The notes beneath the pieces were generated by a model. The model did not search any database, had not been told where the DNA came from, and saw nothing but the letters and a program-made list of their open reading frames with translations. The translations under genes and the position numbers were made by a program. From assembly GCA_037444445.1 (NCBI GenBank), contig JBBIMK010000009.1, positions 6-64,005 on the forward strand: a stretch of DNA of 64,000 nt. The letters are read 5' to 3'. Source of the DNA: a bacterium (GTDB lineage Bacteria > UBP7 > UBA6624 > JBBIMK01). Shown here in pieces: positions 36,641-47,765 of this stretch (position 1 is its first letter; each line of letters opens with the position of its first letter).

Positions 36641-36666
36641 GTGGGCGAGCCGACAGGCTCGCCCAC
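36641..36666 (-). terminator. Strong stem-loop downstream of groEL (possible terminator/processing site; no U-tract)
   Basis: GTGGGCGAGCC gaca GGCTCGCCCAC: perfect 11-bp stem, 35 nt after the groEL stop. Confidence 0.3.
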
Positions 36667-36701
36667 GAAACCTGCCTCACCCCTCGGAAAGACAGCGGGT
36701 T

Positions 36702-38324
<1,623 letters not shown>

Positions 38325-38340
38325 TCATCCCTCCTTTTGC

Positions 38341-38631
38341 TTAATCTTCCACGATGGCGAGAATGTCATCTTCCCGGAGGATTAAGTATTCATCCCCCTT
38401 ATACCGAACCTCATTCCCGCCATATTTGGAAAACAGCACCTTCTGCCCTTTCTTCACTTCCATGGAGGCTCTCTGCCCATTCTCCAAAAGCCTTCCGGGT
38501 CCCACCGCAATCACCTCACCGAGGATGGGCTTATCCTTCGCTACATCCGGTAACACGATGCCGCCTTCACTGACGGCTTCCTTCTCCAGACGCTTCACCA
38601 CAACCCTGTCTCCTAACGGCTTTAACGCCAT
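38341..38631 (-). CDS. groS: Co-chaperonin GroES (Cpn10)
   Basis: 96 aa, LKPLGDRVVVKR...GEVIAVGPG...VKKGQKVLFSKYGG. Confidence 0.95.
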   Translation of the reverse strand: MALKPLGDRVVVKRLEKEAVSEGGIVLPDVAKDKPILGEVIAVGPGRLLENGQRASMEVKKGQKVLFSKYGGNEVRYKGDEYLILREDDILAIVED

Positions 38632-38667
38632 TCTCTCTACCTCCTGTTAAAATTTTATTTTCCATTT

Positions 38668-38694
38668 TAGCACTCTCGTGCCTTGACCGCTAAT
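38668..38694 (-). promoter_or_regulatory. CIRCE operator (HrcA binding site) upstream of groES
   Basis: On the gene strand it reads TTAGCGGTC-N9-GAGTGCTAA (consensus TTAGCACTC-N9-GAGTGCTAA). One arm is perfect, the other has 2 mismatches, with 9-nt spacing. A TATAAT-like -10 lies immediately upstream on the same strand. Confidence 0.6.
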
Positions 38695-38707
38695 AATTAT
38701 AGAAGAT

Positions 38708-39361
38708 TCAAAAACCCTGTGTCAAGTCCTTCCAGTTACCTCTGGTTTCCCACTCATATTCCAGAATTTGAATGGTTGCTCCTTCCTTCTGAAAGGTTTT
38801 CAGCAGGCGGAAGTTCCACTCGGCCGCCGCCAGCACCGGATTCCCCTGCCAGGGCTCCTGATAGGAAAATCCATAATGGGGATGATAGGTGAGCATCATC
38901 AACCGATACCCGGGGTATCGGATGGGACGAGGAACCACCAGCCCCAGCAAATCCACCACTTCGCAGTCGCAGTAATACCCTAAATACCCGATGTCTGTGG
39001 AAGAAACGGAAATGGGGGGCTGACCATTCTCCTTCAGCCACTCCGCCGCTTCCTTCTTCAATTCACTCTTCGTTTTGTGTTCCTGAAGTTCATCCCACAG
39101 CCCGGCGGAATGCTCCAGAAAAGACGGAAGCAAGGCAATGCCAGCCAAAACAAGCCCGAATCCAGCCGCTGGCTTCCATTTCCCCAGCCATTGCCATACT
39201 TTCCCTGTTCCGATACTCACCAGCAAAAGATAAATCGGATAGATGGACATAAAGTACCACGGCGCTATGAGAGCGTGGGTGATGGAGAAAAACACTAAAA
39301 AAGTCCAGTGCCACACCATCAGCAACAGCCCTTCATTTCTTCTCGCCACGATAGAATACAT
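38708..39361 (-). CDS. C-terminal fragment of a GT39/GT83 (PMT/ArnT-like) membrane glycosyltransferase
   Basis: Its frame is open upstream through the C8 tract at 39455-39462 and would join the N-terminal fragment after a 1-nt change in that tract. Confidence 0.55.
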   Translation of the reverse strand: MYSIVARRNEGLLLMVWHWTFLVFFSITHALIAPWYFMSIYPIYLLLVSIGTGKVWQWLGKWKPAAGFGLVLAGIALLPSFLEHSAGLWDELQEHKTKSELKKEAAEWLKENGQPPISVSSTDIGYLGYYCDCEVVDLLGLVVPRPIRYPGYRLMMLTYHPHYGFSYQEPWQGNPVLAAAEWNFRLLKTFQKEGATIQILEYEWETRGNWKDLTQGF

Positions 39362-39449
39362 CCCGAACAGGTAAAAGGGGAAGAGAAAAATTTTCAGTGG
39401 AGCCAGCGTGTGAATAAAGGGGTTATAAAAGAAAAAATAACCGAAAACA

Positions 39450-40301
39450 TCATACCCCCCCCTGTGGGTGAATGAAATACTGGGACAGAAGCGAGGTATC
39501 TAAAGACCCCATCGCCCCCATCTTCAATCTCCAGATAACATCCGATAAGTCCTTTTTCGCAAGGAGAGGCTCCGGCAGGAGAACTCCATAATATCCATAA
39601 ATCAAAAGGGCAGTCAGAAATGAAAAAAGCCCCAAAAATAGCAGGGTTTTCATTCCCCTTTTCCAGTTTTGATAAAAAAGAAACAGGATTGCCGAGGCAT
39701 CGTAAAATATGGCTTCCGGTCGTGTGAGAACCATTGTCAGCATCACTAAAGACAGGTTGAAAGGCTCTGCCTTCTTCCTCATAAGAACGAGAAGCAGGAA
39801 AAACAAAAAGTGAAAAAGTGGCGTTTCCATCCCCGAGGCTTCAAAAATATGAAAGAAGGGATTCCAGGTGAAAAAAAGGAGGGCAATGGTGGCTGTGCCT
39901 CTTCCCCATTCTTCTTTCACAAAAAAATAGAGGAGGATACAGGTGAATAGAAAAAAAAGCCAGTTCAGGAGGTAAGCCGAAAGAATTCCTTCTACCCCGA
40001 TAGAAATCAGTCCAGCGTTCAACAGCATAAAAAGGGGTGCAGAGGTTCCGAAAATCCGCATCCCCGGATTGAACACCGCCCCCAGCCCATCCGCCAGGTT
40101 CCGGGCATATCGCAGGGTGATCAGAGCATCGTCCGTGGGATATTGAACCAGAACATACGCCAGCAAACGAAGAACCGCACCCGTAAGAATCAGCAGGATT
40201 GCCGTCTTCTCTGTTTTCCAGTATTTCTTTACCTGACGAGTGATTATTTTTCTGCCTGTGCAAATATAAGAAAAACCTGCTATGTGGAAGAGCACACCCA
40301 T
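39450..40301 (-). CDS. N-terminal fragment of a GT39/GT83 (PMT/ArnT-like) membrane glycosyltransferase
   Basis: Multi-TM protein. A first-loop motif YPTDDALITLRYARNLADGLG resembles the DE/DD catalytic loop of ArnT/PMT enzymes. The ORF ends ...HPQGGV* immediately after a G8 run on the coding strand. Confidence 0.55.
   Translation of the reverse strand: MGVLFHIAGFSYICTGRKIITRQVKKYWKTEKTAILLILTGAVLRLLAYVLVQYPTDDALITLRYARNLADGLGAVFNPGMRIFGTSAPLFMLLNAGLISIGVEGILSAYLLNWLFFLFTCILLYFFVKEEWGRGTATIALLFFTWNPFFHIFEASGMETPLFHFLFFLLLVLMRKKAEPFNLSLVMLTMVLTRPEAIFYDASAILFLFYQNWKRGMKTLLFLGLFSFLTALLIYGYYGVLLPEPLLAKKDLSDVIWRLKMGAMGSLDTSLLSQYFIHPQGGV
39455..39462. repeat. Homopolymeric G8/C8 tract at the junction of the two glycosyltransferase fragments
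   Basis: cccccccc at 39455-39462. Changing the tract to 7 or 10 fuses the two ORFs into one reading frame of about 530 aa. Confidence 0.8.
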
Positions 40302-40338
40302 ATGCAGTTCAGGAGGTAAAATGTGTCGGGAAGTGGAT

Positions 40339-41460
40339 TTATTCTTCTAAACCGGCGATCCCGCCTTTGAACTCGGTTCGTGCTTTCCTCAACGAGCGCT
40401 GGCGGACGAAAAGTTTGAAATCGTGTGGGCTGGAAGCCGCATTTAATGCGGTCTCATAGGTGATTTTCCCCTCCGTATATAACTGATACAGGTGCTGGTC
40501 AAAAGTCTGCATCCCCTCAAACTCATCCTCTTCCATAGCCTGGCGGATGAGGGAAAGGTCTTCCCCTTCCTGAATCAATTCTCGGATTCTTGCCGTGGCG
40601 ACCATAATTTCCATAGCGGGGATGCGTCCCCCTCCCACCATAGGCAGTAGTCGCTGGCAGAGAATGCTCTCCAGGGTAGTGGCAAGCATTATCCGAATCT
40701 GGTTCTGAAACTCTGGTGGGAAGTATTCCACAATCCGGTTCAAAGTTTGAACCACATCCATCGTGTGGAGTGTGGTCATCACCAATCTCCCGGTGATGGC
40801 CGCCGTGATAGCCGCCATAATGCTTTCCCGGTCCCGCATCTCTCCAATCATAATGGCATCCGGGTCCTCCCGCAGAATGGTGCGGAGAGCGGAAGCAAAG
40901 TCCGAGGTGTCCAGCCCCACTTCCCGCTGGTTGATGATAGCCTTTTTATCGTAGAACACATACTCAATGGGGTCTTCCACACAGATGATGTGATACGGCT
41001 TGTGAAGATTGATGTGCTCAATCATAGTGGCGAGAGTGGTGGACTTCCCGCTTCCCGTGGTTCCAGTAACAATAATCAGCCCCCGGGGTCGCAGAGAGAG
41101 CTGCGCCAGCAGGGGGGGAAGGTTGATCTCTTCAAAGGTGGGGATGCGAGTTTTCACATGGCGAATAGCAAAGGCGAGGGTTCCTCTCTGGCGGAAGAAG
41201 TTCACTCGGAAGCGCCCCTCAATATCCGGCGCCCGATAGGAGAAGTCCAGTTCATCCCGCTCTTCCAGGAGATGTTCCCGCTTGGCAGTCAGGAGGGTTC
41301 GCCCCGCCGCTTCCAGGTCCTCTTCCGTCAGGATAGGCAGGTCCGTAGGTTCCAGAATCCCATCAATCCGAAGATAGGGAGGGCGTTCAAACCCCAGATG
41401 AAGGTCTGATGCCCCCCGCTCCACCATCATTCGGAGCAAATCTCTGATGTCTATCGGCAT
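40339..41460 (-). CDS. pilT: Type IV pilus retraction ATPase PilT
   Basis: PilT N-terminal, Walker A GLIIVTGTTGSGKSTTLA, Asp box, His box. 373 aa. Confidence 0.9.
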   Translation of the reverse strand: MPIDIRDLLRMMVERGASDLHLGFERPPYLRIDGILEPTDLPILTEEDLEAAGRTLLTAKREHLLEERDELDFSYRAPDIEGRFRVNFFRQRGTLAFAIRHVKTRIPTFEEINLPPLLAQLSLRPRGLIIVTGTTGSGKSTTLATMIEHINLHKPYHIICVEDPIEYVFYDKKAIINQREVGLDTSDFASALRTILREDPDAIMIGEMRDRESIMAAITAAITGRLVMTTLHTMDVVQTLNRIVEYFPPEFQNQIRIMLATTLESILCQRLLPMVGGGRIPAMEIMVATARIRELIQEGEDLSLIRQAMEEDEFEGMQTFDQHLYQLYTEGKITYETALNAASSPHDFKLFVRQRSLRKARTEFKGGIAGLEE

Positions 41461-41510
41461 TCCTCATCGCCCCCTTTGCGTTTCATCTTCATTTTAATTA
41501 TACTCTATTT

Positions 41511-41549
41511 ATAAAAATCAGGGGGGTCTCCTTCAGGAGGAGACCCCCC
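41511..41549 (-). terminator. Rho-independent terminator after the first pilin gene
   Basis: On the minus strand: GGGGGGTCTCC tcctgaa GGAGACCCCCC (11-bp GC stem) followed by TGATTTTTAT. Confidence 0.6.
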
Positions 41550-41589
41550 CATTATACGGGCGCCCCACAGAATTGGAAATGAACTTTCT

Positions 41590-42684
41590 TTACTGTTCTA
41601 CGGTGCCGCCGGTGGCTTGCTCGGTTCCAGCGGAGTAGTAAACCACGACGCCGTCATAACGACCATCCTGGTTGGGTGTGCTCACATCCGTGGCTCGGGC
41701 AACCCCTGGTGCAGGAACAAAGGCCACATTGGGTATCTCCGCCACGCCCAGGAGTGTGCCCTGAGAGCTCACTCCACCATAGCCCGGCTCATTTAACCAA
41801 ATCGAGCCCGGGATAAAAGCGTTAGGATTCTGACGGCATCCGAACCTGTCTACCACCGTGCCTGACAGGGTGCCAAACTCTGTGGGCAGACCGTTTAGTC
41901 CACCGTTTGGATTTCGTGTCCCCCAGCAGTGCAGGACATCCTTCCCCACAGTGCGGACCGAGCCATACCCAGCCAGCAGGAAGTGGTCAATAGAGAATGG
42001 CCTCATAATGCCTCCGGTGGTGCCTAACTGGCGGATAATCCCCGGCGTTACCCCGTAAGCCCGATAGGCGAACTCACCCGGAATCCAGTCCACCGTCTGG
42101 GTGTTATCATCCCCCATGAAGTAGTAAATTACCTGCTGTTGACCAGTGGCTAAAGGGTTATCACTGGGTAACGGACTCAGGGTGCCGCACTGGGAAGTCT
42201 GGGTATTGCAGTTGTTGGTGTCTCGTCCGGGGTAATTCGGGTCCGATAGAATGTTACCCAGAAGATCGCCGCCTTGTGGCCGCGGGGGTAAGCCCGCTCT
42301 CCACCAGCAGCCGAAGCGCGGGTCCAGGTTGGTCCGAATGCAGAGAGAGCTTCCGTCCTTCATAAATGGATTCCGATGGTAAGAAGTTTGATACCCGTAG
42401 AAAATTAAGGGGTCCATGGGCTGTGCAGTAGCGAGAGCAGCCCACCCTTGCCCATTGGTCCAGGAAGCCACATCCCCACCGTAAATATAGTTCGGATATA
42501 GGCCATCCTGATCCGTGGCGTATCGCTCCAGGGATATCTGGATGGCGTGGACGGAGGACTTGGTTTGCACCTCCAGCGCCTTGTCCTTCGCCTTGATGAA
42601 GTTGGGAAGGGCAAGGGAAACCAGTATCCCGATGATGGTGATGACCACCAATAACTCAATGAGGGTAAACCCTCTACGAATCAT
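41590..42684 (-). CDS. Type IV pilin-like protein with class III prepilin signal and a large (about 300 aa) Cys-rich globular domain (candidate major pilin)
   Basis: N-terminus MIRRGFTLIELLVVITIIGILVSLALPNF (G-F-T-L-I-E cleavage/methylation motif, Glu+5). A strong terminator follows immediately downstream. Confidence 0.75.
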   Translation of the reverse strand: MIRRGFTLIELLVVITIIGILVSLALPNFIKAKDKALEVQTKSSVHAIQISLERYATDQDGLYPNYIYGGDVASWTNGQGWAALATAQPMDPLIFYGYQTSYHRNPFMKDGSSLCIRTNLDPRFGCWWRAGLPPRPQGGDLLGNILSDPNYPGRDTNNCNTQTSQCGTLSPLPSDNPLATGQQQVIYYFMGDDNTQTVDWIPGEFAYRAYGVTPGIIRQLGTTGGIMRPFSIDHFLLAGYGSVRTVGKDVLHCWGTRNPNGGLNGLPTEFGTLSGTVVDRFGCRQNPNAFIPGSIWLNEPGYGGVSSQGTLLGVAEIPNVAFVPAPGVARATDVSTPNQDGRYDGVVVYYSAGTEQATGGTVEQ

Positions 42685-42817
42685 AAAAACACCTCCTTTT
42701 TTCCGTCAGGGAGAAAAGGAAGCCCGCTTTTTCAGGGAGAACCCTGTGGGGCGCCCTTTCTTTTTTATCTCTCTTCAATGCAGGCTTCCCTTCCTCTCTG
42801 CACGGAATTTTTATTCC

Positions 42818-43987
42818 TTACTTCAGTTCCCGTTTGGGCTCCTTATCCAATCCACCGTAAACCAGGGTGATAATTTGGTCAGGCGTGCCATCAGGGCCAC
42901 TTCCACTGGGTCCCACCTCATCTCCAGGCTTCAGGGGCGTAATGGTATAGGTGCACTGCCAGGTACTTGGCGGGACTTTGTAGAAGGGGACATTCATCGG
43001 GTCTGGCTCAAAGGAGAAATATCCCGTGAGAAACCCGTGAGCACCGCCGAAGGAGGTCCAACACCAACCCCCCGCACCCGGTGGTTCACAGCAGGAGCGG
43101 TGCATATAATCGTAGCCCAGGGTTTTGATAGAGCCGAAGCCCACGAGAACATATCCGCAGACGGCGTGGGAAAGGATTCGGGCCGCCGGTAGGCTACCCG
43201 TGTTGTTCAAGGCTTCCAGATGGGCATCCACGGTCTCACCGTCGCAGAAAACCGGGTGATAAAAGAACTGACCCGGCACATCCATGCTCGGAGGACCATA
43301 CTGCTGACGATAGCCGGACATGTCATTTGCCCACAAATCCGTCCACACCGATTCGCCTTTCCCCCAGCCGAGGTCGAACATAAGGTTGCCATATCTGCCT
43401 CCCACGGCGTAACCAGGGCTGTAGAGTTGAACATAAGGGGACCCCGCAGCCCAGACGCTGTTGATGTTTGGCGGTATGAACGGATTCTTCGGATACTCGC
43501 TCAGATAGCCGAACATCAACAGCATGTCCATGCAGACTTCCTTGCTCGGGGAGTTGGGACCCCGATACTCCGGAACTCTCTGCTTCAGGGTTCCCAGTTC
43601 AGGCAGACAGTAAGGCCGGTTGGTGTTGCAATCCACAAAGTCCGGCGGGTTTAGCCAACTGCCATCGTAATCCAGGAAGGCAGATTCACCGGCGTTCGTT
43701 CCCGGATTGCATCCGGAGGAACTAGCGTATGGTCCTCCGTCTGCACTGGCGATATTGAACTCCTGGTCACCTCCCGTGACTACCTGTGGATAGAGCCCCG
43801 CATTTTCCACAGCGTAGCGCTCCAGTGCCATCTGAATGATGTGGATGTTGGCTTTGATCTGCGTTTCCTTCGCCTTATCCCGCGCCCGTATATAGTTGGG
43901 TAAGGCGATAGAAACCAGAATTCCCAGAATCACCATAACCACCAGTAACTCAATAAGCGTGAAACCTCGAATCATTCGGGATTTCAC
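42818..43987 (-). CDS. Type IV pilin-like protein paralog (389 aa)
   Basis: N-terminus MKSRMIRGFTLIELLVVMVILGILVSIALPNYIRARDKAKE is nearly identical to the paralog at 44082-45221. Large Cys/Trp/Tyr/Gly-rich C-terminal domain. Confidence 0.75.
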   Translation of the reverse strand: MKSRMIRGFTLIELLVVMVILGILVSIALPNYIRARDKAKETQIKANIHIIQMALERYAVENAGLYPQVVTGGDQEFNIASADGGPYASSSGCNPGTNAGESAFLDYDGSWLNPPDFVDCNTNRPYCLPELGTLKQRVPEYRGPNSPSKEVCMDMLLMFGYLSEYPKNPFIPPNINSVWAAGSPYVQLYSPGYAVGGRYGNLMFDLGWGKGESVWTDLWANDMSGYRQQYGPPSMDVPGQFFYHPVFCDGETVDAHLEALNNTGSLPAARILSHAVCGYVLVGFGSIKTLGYDYMHRSCCEPPGAGGWCWTSFGGAHGFLTGYFSFEPDPMNVPFYKVPPSTWQCTYTITPLKPGDEVGPSGSGPDGTPDQIITLVYGGLDKEPKRELK

Positions 43988-44081
43988 CGCGTATCACCTC
44001 CTTTCAGATTCTTGTTGTTCTCTTTCATTTTTTGGGTTCCTTCGTTTTACCGCCTTTCATCCTCGGATAACGAAGTAGCCT

Positions 44082-45221
44082 TTACGGCGGTGGCCCCTGA
44101 CCTGAGGCTTCGCATCCGGGCTTCCGGGTGTCCATGAGCACCTTCACATCCACGCCGGAGGAGAGAACGGTGATGACACCGTCTGGCAACCCGTCAGGAC
44201 CGTTATACACGCAGTAAGCATCGCGTGCGGAGGCATAGTTCAAGTCCCCCGGTTCCAGTTTGCAATCCCCCTCCGCATCATCACAGGCGAGAGTGCTCTC
44301 TGCGTAATCGCCCAGGACATCATAGACATCGTGCCCGCGATTCCAGCTAGCACCATAGCCTGCCAGATGATAGCCCACCACCTTTGCCTGCATAAAGAAC
44401 CCTGTCCAGACATAATTCGAGTCTGGCTGTATGGGGTAGTAGTAGAAGTTGCCCGGTAGGTAATTGTGGAGGATTTTGTTGGAGGTTTGAGCCTGGGCGG
44501 GGTCGCAGCCGGGGCTCCCTAACTTGCATCGGATGGAATAGGGTGGGTGCCCTGCCCAGCCTCGGGCGGTAACGGTAAGCCCTGATACAGTATTATTCAA
44601 TTGCCCCCCGCGCTGGCAAGCGCCTTTGCCTAACCCATAAGCCCCGGAAGGACCGCAGATGGCTCCGTAAACCCCCTCGCTGACATCCCACATAAAGGAG
44701 TTGGTAGGTCCGCCCACATGTCGACAAGAGGCGTCGTCGGCTGATTGACACCGATTGTTGGGGAAAACCGTGCTGTAGTTGCAGAACACATCGGCGTTGC
44801 CCCCCATGTTATTTGGCCAGCGCGGGTGTGGACACTCCCGCACCTGAAACTGGATTCCGGTGCCCGCCGCTGACATAAAGGGATTGTTAGGGTACCGATT
44901 GAGGTAGCCGTATTCCATGAGTGGGTCCCCATCCCCGCAGGGCTGGCTGATCCTCGGGCAGTATATCGGGGCAAAGGGGGAAGCATTCCAGTCGTCGTAA
45001 TTCCCCCCCAACAGCCACTTGGGAAAGGCCCCGTCATTATCCGAAGCATACCGTTCCAGCGCAGTGCGGATAATGTGCAGGTTCGCCTCCACCTGCTTCT
45101 CTCGCGCTTTGTCCCGCACCCTCGTGTAGTTGGGCAACGCAATGGCCACCAGTATCCCGATGATGACCATGACCACCAGTAACTCAATCAGTGTGAATCC
45201 ACGAATCATTCGGGATTTCAC
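44082..45221 (-). CDS. Type IV pilin-like protein paralog (379 aa)
   Basis: N-terminus MKSRMIRGFTLIELLVVMVIIGILVAIALPNYTRVRDKAREKQ. Its 5' UTR, including the AAAGGAGGTGATA RBS, is near-identical to that of the neighbouring paralog. Confidence 0.75.
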   Translation of the reverse strand: MKSRMIRGFTLIELLVVMVIIGILVAIALPNYTRVRDKAREKQVEANLHIIRTALERYASDNDGAFPKWLLGGNYDDWNASPFAPIYCPRISQPCGDGDPLMEYGYLNRYPNNPFMSAAGTGIQFQVRECPHPRWPNNMGGNADVFCNYSTVFPNNRCQSADDASCRHVGGPTNSFMWDVSEGVYGAICGPSGAYGLGKGACQRGGQLNNTVSGLTVTARGWAGHPPYSIRCKLGSPGCDPAQAQTSNKILHNYLPGNFYYYPIQPDSNYVWTGFFMQAKVVGYHLAGYGASWNRGHDVYDVLGDYAESTLACDDAEGDCKLEPGDLNYASARDAYCVYNGPDGLPDGVITVLSSGVDVKVLMDTRKPGCEASGQGPPP

Positions 45222-45285
45222 CTGATATCACCTCCTTTGAATTGGATTTGAAAGTGTTTCCGGTTCTTTTTCATTTTTTCATCCC

Positions 45286-46509
45286 TTATTTGAACAGGTC
45301 AATGATGTGGAAAATGGGGAGGTACAGGGCGATGACAATCGTTCCCACCACGGCGCCAATGACAAGAATCATCACGGGCTCAATCAGGCTGGCAAGCCCT
45401 TTGATGGTGGCATCAATCTCCACATCGTAGAAATCGGACAGTTTATACAGCATATCCTCCAGGTTTCCCGCCTCTTCGCCTACGGCCACCATGTGGTAGA
45501 CCATAGGGGGGAAAATCCCGGTTCGCTTCATCGCAGGTGCAATCCCTTCCCCTTCTCGCACCCGGTCCCGAATGTAGTGCACACTCTGAGTGACCACATA
45601 GTTATCGGCGGTATCCGAAACCACTTCCAGTGCCTCCAGGATTGGTACCCCACTCTGGGTGAGTGTGCCTAAGGTTCTGGAAAAACGAGTGATAGCCACT
45701 TTCTTGGACAGAGGACCCAGAATCGGAAGACGGATGAAAAGAGGGTCCAGCAAGCGATGCCCCCACCGACTCTTCCGAAACCGCCAGAAAATCATCACTC
45801 CCACAAAAGGAGATGGAAGCACCCACCACCAGTTTAAGACGATAAAGTCGGAAATTTCTACCAGCTTCTGCGTGAGCGCTGGAAGAGGCACATTCCCGGA
45901 AGAAAGGCTCTCATACAGGCTGGCAAACTGTGGCACGATGTAAATTAAAATCCCCATCGTAATCAGGAATGCAATCACGGTAACGAAGGAAGGGTAAGCC
46001 ATGGCGGAGCGAATCTTATGCCGCAAATCCAGTTCCTTCTCAAAGAACATGGCCATACGCTCCAGAATGGCTTCCAGAACGCCACCGATTTCCCCCGCAT
46101 GCACCATACTTACGAAGAAGTTAGAGAACGAACGGGGGTGCTTCTTCATGGCTCTCGCCAGGGTTTCTCCGCTCTCCACATCCAGCCGCAACTGATGCAC
46201 AATCCGCTTCAGGTTGGTGTCCTGGGTCTGCTCCTCTATCACATCCAGGGCGTTGGCAAGGGTAAGACCCGCCGAAATCAAAAGGGAGAACTGACGGGAA
46301 AAAACGGTGAGGGACTTTAATCCGACACCACGGAAGCGACCCATGAAAGCCCCCGCACTCCTTCCCCCTTTCTTTTCCCGAATGCGAACCACCCAGTATC
46401 CCTGGCGGCGCAGTGCATCCACCACCGTCTGGGGATTATCCGCCTCCATTACCCGCGAGAAGGTCTTCCCCCCCGCTCCCCTCGCAGTAAATACAAATGT
46501 CTTCGCCAT
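45286..46509 (-). CDS. pilC: Type IV pilus inner-membrane platform protein PilC (GspF family)
   Basis: Two GspF repeats and 3 TM segments. 407 aa. Confidence 0.9.
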   Translation of the reverse strand: MAKTFVFTARGAGGKTFSRVMEADNPQTVVDALRRQGYWVVRIREKKGGRSAGAFMGRFRGVGLKSLTVFSRQFSLLISAGLTLANALDVIEEQTQDTNLKRIVHQLRLDVESGETLARAMKKHPRSFSNFFVSMVHAGEIGGVLEAILERMAMFFEKELDLRHKIRSAMAYPSFVTVIAFLITMGILIYIVPQFASLYESLSSGNVPLPALTQKLVEISDFIVLNWWWVLPSPFVGVMIFWRFRKSRWGHRLLDPLFIRLPILGPLSKKVAITRFSRTLGTLTQSGVPILEALEVVSDTADNYVVTQSVHYIRDRVREGEGIAPAMKRTGIFPPMVYHMVAVGEEAGNLEDMLYKLSDFYDVEIDATIKGLASLIEPVMILVIGAVVGTIVIALYLPIFHIIDLFK

Positions 46510-46604
46510 TTCTTATCCCTCAGGCAATTTTATATTACCACAGGCAAAAAAACTTGTCAAGTGGGGGGGAGGAAAAAGGGGTAAAAAGATGGAAATGTGC
46601 GTAT

Positions 46605-47747
46605 TCATGGGCTTTCCATTGCCTCCCGGGATGCCATCTCCAGTGCCTCTTCCACACCGCCGGCAGGACCTGCCGCGATGAGACGCTGGAGTTCCTTCGG
46701 ATTATGGGCGGCAGCCATGGCAGTCTCCAGGGTTATCCTCCCGGAGAAATAATAATCTCGCAGACACTGGTCCATCGTCTGCATTCCTAATTTGGTGTGG
46801 GTCATCATGGTGGAGTGAATCTGATAGATTTTTTGCTCCCGAATCAGGTTCCGGACCGCCGGGATGTTGAGCATCACTTCAAAGGCAGCCAGGCGCCCCT
46901 TCCCATCCGCTGTGGGCAGAAGTTGCTGGGATAAAACGACCTCCAGGGCATTGGCTAACTGCGCCCGAACCTGGGATTGCTGATGTGCAGGAAAAACATC
47001 AATGATGCGGTCAATGGATAACGGAGCATTGATGGTGTGGAGGGTGGAAAAAACCAGGTGTCCCGTCTCTGCAGCGGTAATGGCGGTAGAAATAGTTTCC
47101 AGATCCCGCATCTCCCCCACCAGAATCACATCCGGGTCCTGACGGAGCACCCTTCGCATGGCTTCCGCGAAGGAGAAAGTATGGTCGCCCACCTCCCGCT
47201 GATTCACATTGGCTTTTCCATGCGGAATCACATATTCAATCGGGTCTTCCATTGTGACCATGTGAAGAGGCTTGGTCTGGGAAATGACATTGAGCATGGC
47301 AGCCAGGGATGTGGTTTTCCCGCTCCCCGTGGGACCGGTGACCAGAATCAGCCCCCGAGGAAGCATAATTTTCTCCTTCATAATCGGAGGAAGCAGGAGT
47401 TCATCCATGGTGGGAATGCGGCTGGGCAGCGCCCGAATAGCGAGGGTCACTCCCGTGCGGGTCAGGGATAGATTGCACCGAAACCGACCCAATCCCTCCT
47501 GCTCGTAGGAAAAGTCCAATTCCCTCTCGTTCTCAAACCGCTTCCTCCTCTCCTCCCGAATCATACTGTAAGCCAGTGCACGGGTATCCTCCGCGTCCAG
47601 CACCTCGTATTCTGTCAGGCGGACCAGGTTCCCCAGCACCCGAATCGTGGGAGGAAGGCCCGGCGTCAGATGCAAATCCGTGCCGTTGACTTCATGAACC
47701 TTTACCAGCAGGTCCAGAACAGTATATTCGCCCACTCCCTTCGGCAT
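46605..47747 (-). CDS. pilT: PilT/PilU-family type IV pilus ATPase (second paralog)
   Basis: Walker A GLILVTGPTGSGKTTSLAAM and PilT-type Asp/His boxes. 380 aa. Confidence 0.88.
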   Translation of the reverse strand: MPKGVGEYTVLDLLVKVHEVNGTDLHLTPGLPPTIRVLGNLVRLTEYEVLDAEDTRALAYSMIREERRKRFENERELDFSYEQEGLGRFRCNLSLTRTGVTLAIRALPSRIPTMDELLLPPIMKEKIMLPRGLILVTGPTGSGKTTSLAAMLNVISQTKPLHMVTMEDPIEYVIPHGKANVNQREVGDHTFSFAEAMRRVLRQDPDVILVGEMRDLETISTAITAAETGHLVFSTLHTINAPLSIDRIIDVFPAHQQSQVRAQLANALEVVLSQQLLPTADGKGRLAAFEVMLNIPAVRNLIREQKIYQIHSTMMTHTKLGMQTMDQCLRDYYFSGRITLETAMAAAHNPKELQRLIAAGPAGGVEEALEMASREAMESP

Positions 47748-47765
47748 TTCAGCACCACCTCCATA

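Noticed and set aside
36493-36701. ORFs 36505-36705 (+) and 36555-36809 (+) downstream of groEL.
   Set aside because: Short, no RBS, and overlapping the strong stem-loop and the groEL 3' end. They are treated as non-coding 3' UTR or intergenic sequence.
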